IMG/VR virus record: IMGVR_UViG_3300020137_000034
Coordinates: 1-27,242 of that record
Length of the DNA stretch: 27,242 nucleotides
DNA from: a virus
Lineage: Duplodnaviria; Caudoviricetes
Reading direction: 5' to 3' (one strand)
In this document: positions 23,594-27,242 of the stretch, in pieces
Layout: each line of letters opens with the position of its first letter
Numbering within the stretch: the stretch's first letter is position 1
The notes under the pieces: generated by a model
What the model was told of the DNA's origin: nothing
The model's database searches: none
Seen by the model: the letters and a program-made list of their open reading frames with translations, nothing else
Translations under genes and position numbers: made by a program

Positions 23594-25552
23594 TTAGAAC
23601 TGGTTTTCCTTCATGGCCTGGGCACGCTGGAACATCAGCACGTCGAGCTTGCTGGGGCCGTCGGTGCCGGTGGCGGCCCTTCGCTCCGGCTGCACTTCGG
23701 GCTTCTTGCCACCGTGCAGGCCGAACACCGGTGAGATCACGCCTGCGGCAACCGCATCCGGTGGCGTCATGTCCGGCAGCTGCGCGGCGACGGCAGCTGC
23801 ATCCATCAGCCGTTCGGCGGCGAGCATGTCCCTCGCGGCGCGCTTGTATTGCTTCTTGCCACGGGCATGCTCGCGGGCCGCGTTGACGTCGGCAAAGCCG
23901 ACCGCTGCAACGCACTCGGCGGCGGCGATGTACGTGCCATCCAGCGCGTACACGTGCGCCACGCCCTGCAGGTGCCAGGGGTCGATGCGCAGCACCAGCT
24001 TGCGGCCGGCGTGCTCGCTGAGCGCTTCGGTCCAGTAGCGGTTGCCGGCGAGGCGCACGCTGCCATCGATCGGGCTGGCAGTGACGGCCTCGGCCGCCAG
24101 CAGCAGCTGGCGCAGCTGCTCGTCGCTGACCTTGCGCACGGTGATGCGCGCGTAACTCTCCGCAAAAGCGGCGTCGAAGCTGCGTCCGGCGCAGGATTTC
24201 AGCTGCCGGCCGGTCCGGGCGTTGTGTGCGTGAATCTCGCTTGTCACCACACGCTCGAACTCGGCCCACTCGATCACGCGGCTGCCGTAGTTCTCAGGCT
24301 TGTTGGCCACGTTGTTGCCGACGTATGCCCCGGCGAAGGCCGGGTGCTTGGCGATGCGATCGCAGAAGTCGCGCCACATGCGCTCGATCGGCTTGGCCTG
24401 GCCGTGGTACGGCGTCACCCAGTGCACATTGTTGGCGCCGACCAAGCTGGTGATCAGGCCGGTGGGGTCTTCCTCGCGCACCTTGAAGCGGTAGCGGTTG
24501 GGTGTGCCGCCCGTCATCCATTTGCTGGCGAAGGCGCGGCCGTTGTCCAGGTACACGCTGGCGGGCACGCCGTAGCTGCGCACAAGGTCGCCGAAGCTCA
24601 GGCGCACCATGTCGCTGTTTTCGTGGTCACCCAGGCGCCACGCCAGCAGCTTGCCGCAGCCCAGGTCCTGCCAACCGAGGATGCAGGGGCGGCCTTCGGT
24701 GCCGTCCGGGAACCGCACGCGGATATCCCAGCGGTGGCCGTCGGCGTTGACGCCGTCGAGCGCCTCCATCATGGAGCGGTCGCGCTCCTGCGCGGGGTAG
24801 GTCTTGGAGAGCGCCTCCTCGCCCTCGCGAGCCAGCACGCGCACGGCGCGCGGCAGTTCGCGGATGACGCGGCGGGTGAATGTCTTGAGGCTGGGCAGCT
24901 CCCAGCCGCGCGTGGTGGCGATGCGCACCAGGCGGTCGTAGCAGCTGCTCGCGGTTGGCTGCTCCTGGCGCAGGTAGTCGGCCTTGAACAGCTCCCAGGC
25001 TTCAGGCTCGATCTCGGCCGTGGCGGTGCGGCCGGCGTAGTGCGGCAGCAGCAGTGCGAGCCAGTCCTTGCGATGGGCGTGGGCAACATCCTGCTGCCAG
25101 CGGCCGATGCTGGCGGCGCTACCGCCGCGCACGCCGTCGCGCTGCAACTGCGCGGCGACGATGGCGCGCGCCTGCATCAGTGCCGTGCCACCGCGCACGA
25201 GGACACTGACGGCATCGAGCGCCTGCAGGCGCGTGGTTGCCACGTCTTTCATGGGCTGTTTGGCCTGCTCGTAGCGCTGCCAGATCGACGCCAGCCGCGC
25301 CTCGCTGGGGGCCAGGGTGTTGCGCGGCTTGGCCGGCTGTTGCGGGCGTTCGCGCAGCAGGATGGCGGCCTGCGTCGCCGGCGGCAGGCTGCTGAAGGCG
25401 TATTCACTGCCTTTGCCGCGCTCGCGCTGCCGGCGTGTCCAGCCCTCTTTCTCGGCGCGCGTATGCACGCGGCGATCAGTGCCGGGAAGGCCAGGCAACC
25501 CAGCCAGGTCGACAGCCGCGTACCAGCGCTCGCTGCTGTTGCCGTCGGCCAT
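23594..25552 (-). CDS. MuA-like DDE transposase
   Basis: ATG 25552; N-terminal Mu-type HTH (LAGLPGLP...RAEKEGW...EYAFSSLP); catalytic ADGH, YLDNGRAF, AKPIER. Confidence 0.95.
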   Translation of the reverse strand: MADGNSSERWYAAVDLAGLPGLPGTDRRVHTRAEKEGWTRRQRERGKGSEYAFSSLPPATQAAILLRERPQQPAKPRNTLAPSEARLASIWQRYEQAKQPMKDVATTRLQALDAVSVLVRGGTALMQARAIVAAQLQRDGVRGGSAASIGRWQQDVAHAHRKDWLALLLPHYAGRTATAEIEPEAWELFKADYLRQEQPTASSCYDRLVRIATTRGWELPSLKTFTRRVIRELPRAVRVLAREGEEALSKTYPAQERDRSMMEALDGVNADGHRWDIRVRFPDGTEGRPCILGWQDLGCGKLLAWRLGDHENSDMVRLSFGDLVRSYGVPASVYLDNGRAFASKWMTGGTPNRYRFKVREEDPTGLITSLVGANNVHWVTPYHGQAKPIERMWRDFCDRIAKHPAFAGAYVGNNVANKPENYGSRVIEWAEFERVVTSEIHAHNARTGRQLKSCAGRSFDAAFAESYARITVRKVSDEQLRQLLLAAEAVTASPIDGSVRLAGNRYWTEALSEHAGRKLVLRIDPWHLQGVAHVYALDGTYIAAAECVAAVGFADVNAAREHARGKKQYKRAARDMLAAERLMDAAAVAAQLPDMTPPDAVAAGVISPVFGLHGGKKPEVQPERRAATGTDGPSKLDVLMFQRAQAMKENQF

Positions 25553-26001
25553 CAGCGGACCCTCCGCCGCAGGTCTTTCAGGTCGCGCAGGCGGGCATCT
25601 GCGAGTTCGCGCTCGCGCATGATCCGTCCGATTTCGGCGTCCAGCGTTTCGGCGCCGACGCTCATGCGGCCGCCGTGCACGCCAACGTGCCAGTTGGCCA
25701 GCGGCGTGCTGCAGCAGACAATCTCCAGTACCGGCGCTACCCACAGCGGGCAGTTGAATTCCTCGCGGCCCGGCGACGTGTAGCCATCGATCATGGCTTT
25801 GGTCACGTCTTTGCCAGTGAGCCGGCTTGCCCGTGCAGCCACTTCGTGGCGGTCGATGCCGGCCGTGTGGGCCTCGGCCATCATGCGGCTGATCAGCTCA
25901 CTGACCACGGCGCGGTAGTCCATCGAGCCTGGCATTGGCGCTACCGCCCGCGGGATCTCGAACAGATCGAGCGTATGGGCTCCCCCAGCCCGGCGCGTCA
26001 C
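25552..26001 (-). CDS. Hypothetical early protein (possible DNA-binding)
   Basis: GTG 26001 overlaps the upstream TGA; RHEVAARASRLTGKDVTKAMIDGYTS; stop overlaps the MuA ATG. Confidence 0.75.
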   Translation of the reverse strand: MTRRAGGAHTLDLFEIPRAVAPMPGSMDYRAVVSELISRMMAEAHTAGIDRHEVAARASRLTGKDVTKAMIDGYTSPGREEFNCPLWVAPVLEIVCCSTPLANWHVGVHGGRMSVGAETLDAEIGRIMRERELADARLRDLKDLRRRVR

Positions 26002-26222
26002 GGACGTTCTCCAAGCTGCTGGTATTGGAGCTCGGCCGACCACTCGAAGGCCCGGCCCGAGAAATCCGCAGCAGTGCGGCGCCATGCAGCCGCGGCTTCT
26101 GGATCGCCCCGCAGGCCATGCTTCGCAGCGATGTTCAACGCCTGTTCGCACGACGAGGCGAGGCGAACGATTGCATTTTTGATCAGGCGGGACTGCCGCA
26201 CGGAAAAACTGAGGGCGGCCAT
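25998..26222 (-). CDS. Hypothetical protein
   Basis: 74 aa, starts 2 nt after the ner stop. Confidence 0.6.
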   Translation of the reverse strand: MAALSFSVRQSRLIKNAIVRLASSCEQALNIAAKHGLRGDPEAAAAWRRTAADFSGRAFEWSAELQYQQLGERP

Positions 26223-26224
26223 GT

Positions 26225-26581
26225 CTATTCGCCGCGCTTGCTTTGCAGATTGCCACTCCGCCCACCGGTGGTAGCCTTGCTCACAACACGGATGTGGTCG
26301 GGACGACGGGGCTTCATGCCGCGTGCGCGATTCGGCGTGCCGTCGGCGTTGTAGCGGCTGGGCCAGATTTCCTTGGGCTCGACACCAAGCGTTTCAGCAA
26401 TGATGGCTTCGGCTTTCGGGTACGGTTCCGCAAGCGCTTTGGACAGCGCACTGCGACCAGCGTAGCCGTGTTCCAGGGCGAGCTGCTGCAGGGACCAGCC
26501 TATTTTCCGCAGCCCGGCAACGATGTCGGCTGGGTGCCAGTCAGTAATGACTGGCTTTTTTTGGGCGGCGTTAGTGGACAT
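26225..26581 (-). CDS. ner: Ner-like DNA-binding protein
   Basis: DWHPADIVAGLRKIGWSL...PYPKAEAIIAETLGVEPKEIWPSRY. Confidence 0.93.
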   Translation of the reverse strand: MSTNAAQKKPVITDWHPADIVAGLRKIGWSLQQLALEHGYAGRSALSKALAEPYPKAEAIIAETLGVEPKEIWPSRYNADGTPNRARGMKPRRPDHIRVVSKATTGGRSGNLQSKRGE

Positions 26582-26617
26582 GTGGCGCGGTTCCCCTTGG
26601 CGGTATCTACGGGCTAG

Positions 26618-26645
26618 ATACTACTCACATTTGATGGTGAGTCAA
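26618..26645 (-). promoter_or_regulatory. Early promoter (Pe-like)
   Basis: TTGACT (26645-26640), 16-nt spacer, TAGTAT (26623-26618), upstream of ner. Confidence 0.65.
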
Positions 26646-26658
26646 CACATTTGCGAGT

Positions 26659-26790
26659 GTCCGATTCTGCTGCGCTCGCACATCTGAGTAATCATGGTGA
26701 CAATTAAAGATAAATCAGTCGTTTACGACGAATCGGACGTGCCGGCACGGAATCCGACGTCGCGTCCGATTCCGGCCCCGGGAATCGGAC
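26659..26790. repeat. GAATCGGAC repeat cluster
   Basis: Exact copies at 26659-67 (rc), 26730-38, 26764-72 (rc), 26782-90; one-mismatch copy at 26750-58. Confidence 0.7.
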
Positions 26791-27242
26791 ATCGCATTGG
26801 TGAGGTCGCCAGGCTGCTGGGAACTCGCACATCTGCGTATACGGTGATGGGGATCTCGTCGGCAGCGCTGCAGCGCTACATCAAGGAAGAGAACGAACCG
26901 CCGTTCGGTCCGCTGGCAAGGCTTTGCGTGGCCGCCGGAGCGCGCATGGACTGGCTGGCCACAGGCGAGGGCGACATGCGCGTCGGCGCGTCGGAAGCCG
27001 CGCCAGACAAAACTGCTCAATCTGCGCGACCGGATGCCGATCTAATCCGTGGTGCCGCCGAAGTAATGGAGCGCGCGCTCGATCAGGCGCATGCGACCAC
27101 CGATGCGTCGGGCCGTGCCGAGCTGCTGCTGGCTATCTACGACATGCTGCAATCCGGCTTGGCGCTGGAGGCGGCGGGTCGCGCGGTGGCAGGCATGCTT
27201 CGCGCCACGGCGCGTTCGACTGGCGTTCGACAAGAACAGTAG
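26694..27242 (+). CDS. Prophage repressor, XRE-type HTH (true start may be downstream, e.g. GTG 26739)
   Basis: Divergent from ner; MGISSAALQRYIKEENEPPF...MDWLATGEG. Confidence 0.8.
   Translation: MVTIKDKSVVYDESDVPARNPTSRPIPAPGIGHRIGEVARLLGTRTSAYTVMGISSAALQRYIKEENEPPFGPLARLCVAAGARMDWLATGEGDMRVGASEAAPDKTAQSARPDADLIRGAAEVMERALDQAHATTDASGRAELLLAIYDMLQSGLALEAAGRAVAGMLRATARSTGVRQEQ
26713..26725 (+). promoter_or_regulatory. IHF binding site
   Basis: AATCAGTCGTTTA fits WATCARNNNNTTR, with an AT-rich 5' flank. Confidence 0.6.

Larger units (their letters stand above)
26623..26838. repeat. Four related 16-bp operator-like sites
   Basis: ACCATCAAATGTGAGT (rc 26623-38), ACTCGCAAATGTGTTG (rc 26643-58), GCTCGCACATCTGAGT (26674-89), ACTCGCACATCTGCGT (26823-38). 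Confidence 0.6.
1..27242 (-). mobile_element. Mu-like transposable prophage (contractile tail), internal segment from repressor to tape measure
   Basis: Mu-like gene order: repressor/ner/MuA/MuB/accessory/Mor/lysis/terminase/portal/MuF/I/T/sheath/tube/TMP, tightly coupled by ATGA/TGATG overlaps; ends not in window. Confidence 0.97.

Noticed and set aside
23849-25783. 644-aa + strand ORF
   Set aside because: Antisense shadow of the transposase; its equal length to the other shadow ORF appears coincidental
26659-26838. CRISPR-like array from the short repeats
   Set aside because: Repeats are 9-16 bp, irregularly spaced and in mixed orientation; they fit protein-binding sites
26694-27242. Repressor lacking an S24 autocleavage domain as a pseudogene
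   Set aside because: The ORF is intact with a stop, and transposable-phage repressors need not be RecA-cleavable

Overview
The whole window is the interior of a Mu-like (transposable) prophage with a contractile tail, in a high-GC, probably proteobacterial host. Almost all genes are on the minus strand. Read from the right end: an XRE-type repressor (+ strand) diverges from ner, followed by DDE transposase MuA, ATPase MuB, a run of small accessory genes (DUF3164, DUF2786, GemA), a Mor/C-type activator, the lysis cassette (holin, membrane-anchored SLT endolysin, spanins), Mu gp25-27, terminase, portal, MuF, protease/scaffold, capsid, head-tail joining genes, sheath, tube, a frameshifted tail chaperone and the start of the tape measure gene. 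Neither prophage end is visible. The most interesting unexplained signal is a MuF head protein with a nuclease-like C-terminal extension and no convincing immunity ORF. It is instead faced by a convergent ~105-nt multi-stem RNA candidate with its own -10 box (8719-8824, +), a possible RNA antitoxin or decoy. Other signals are a ~200-nt structured element after the capsid gene, a 22-bp late-activator site present twice, and two distinct repeat families plus an IHF site at the immunity/enhancer region. All family assignments are from motif recognition and synteny, not from database searches.
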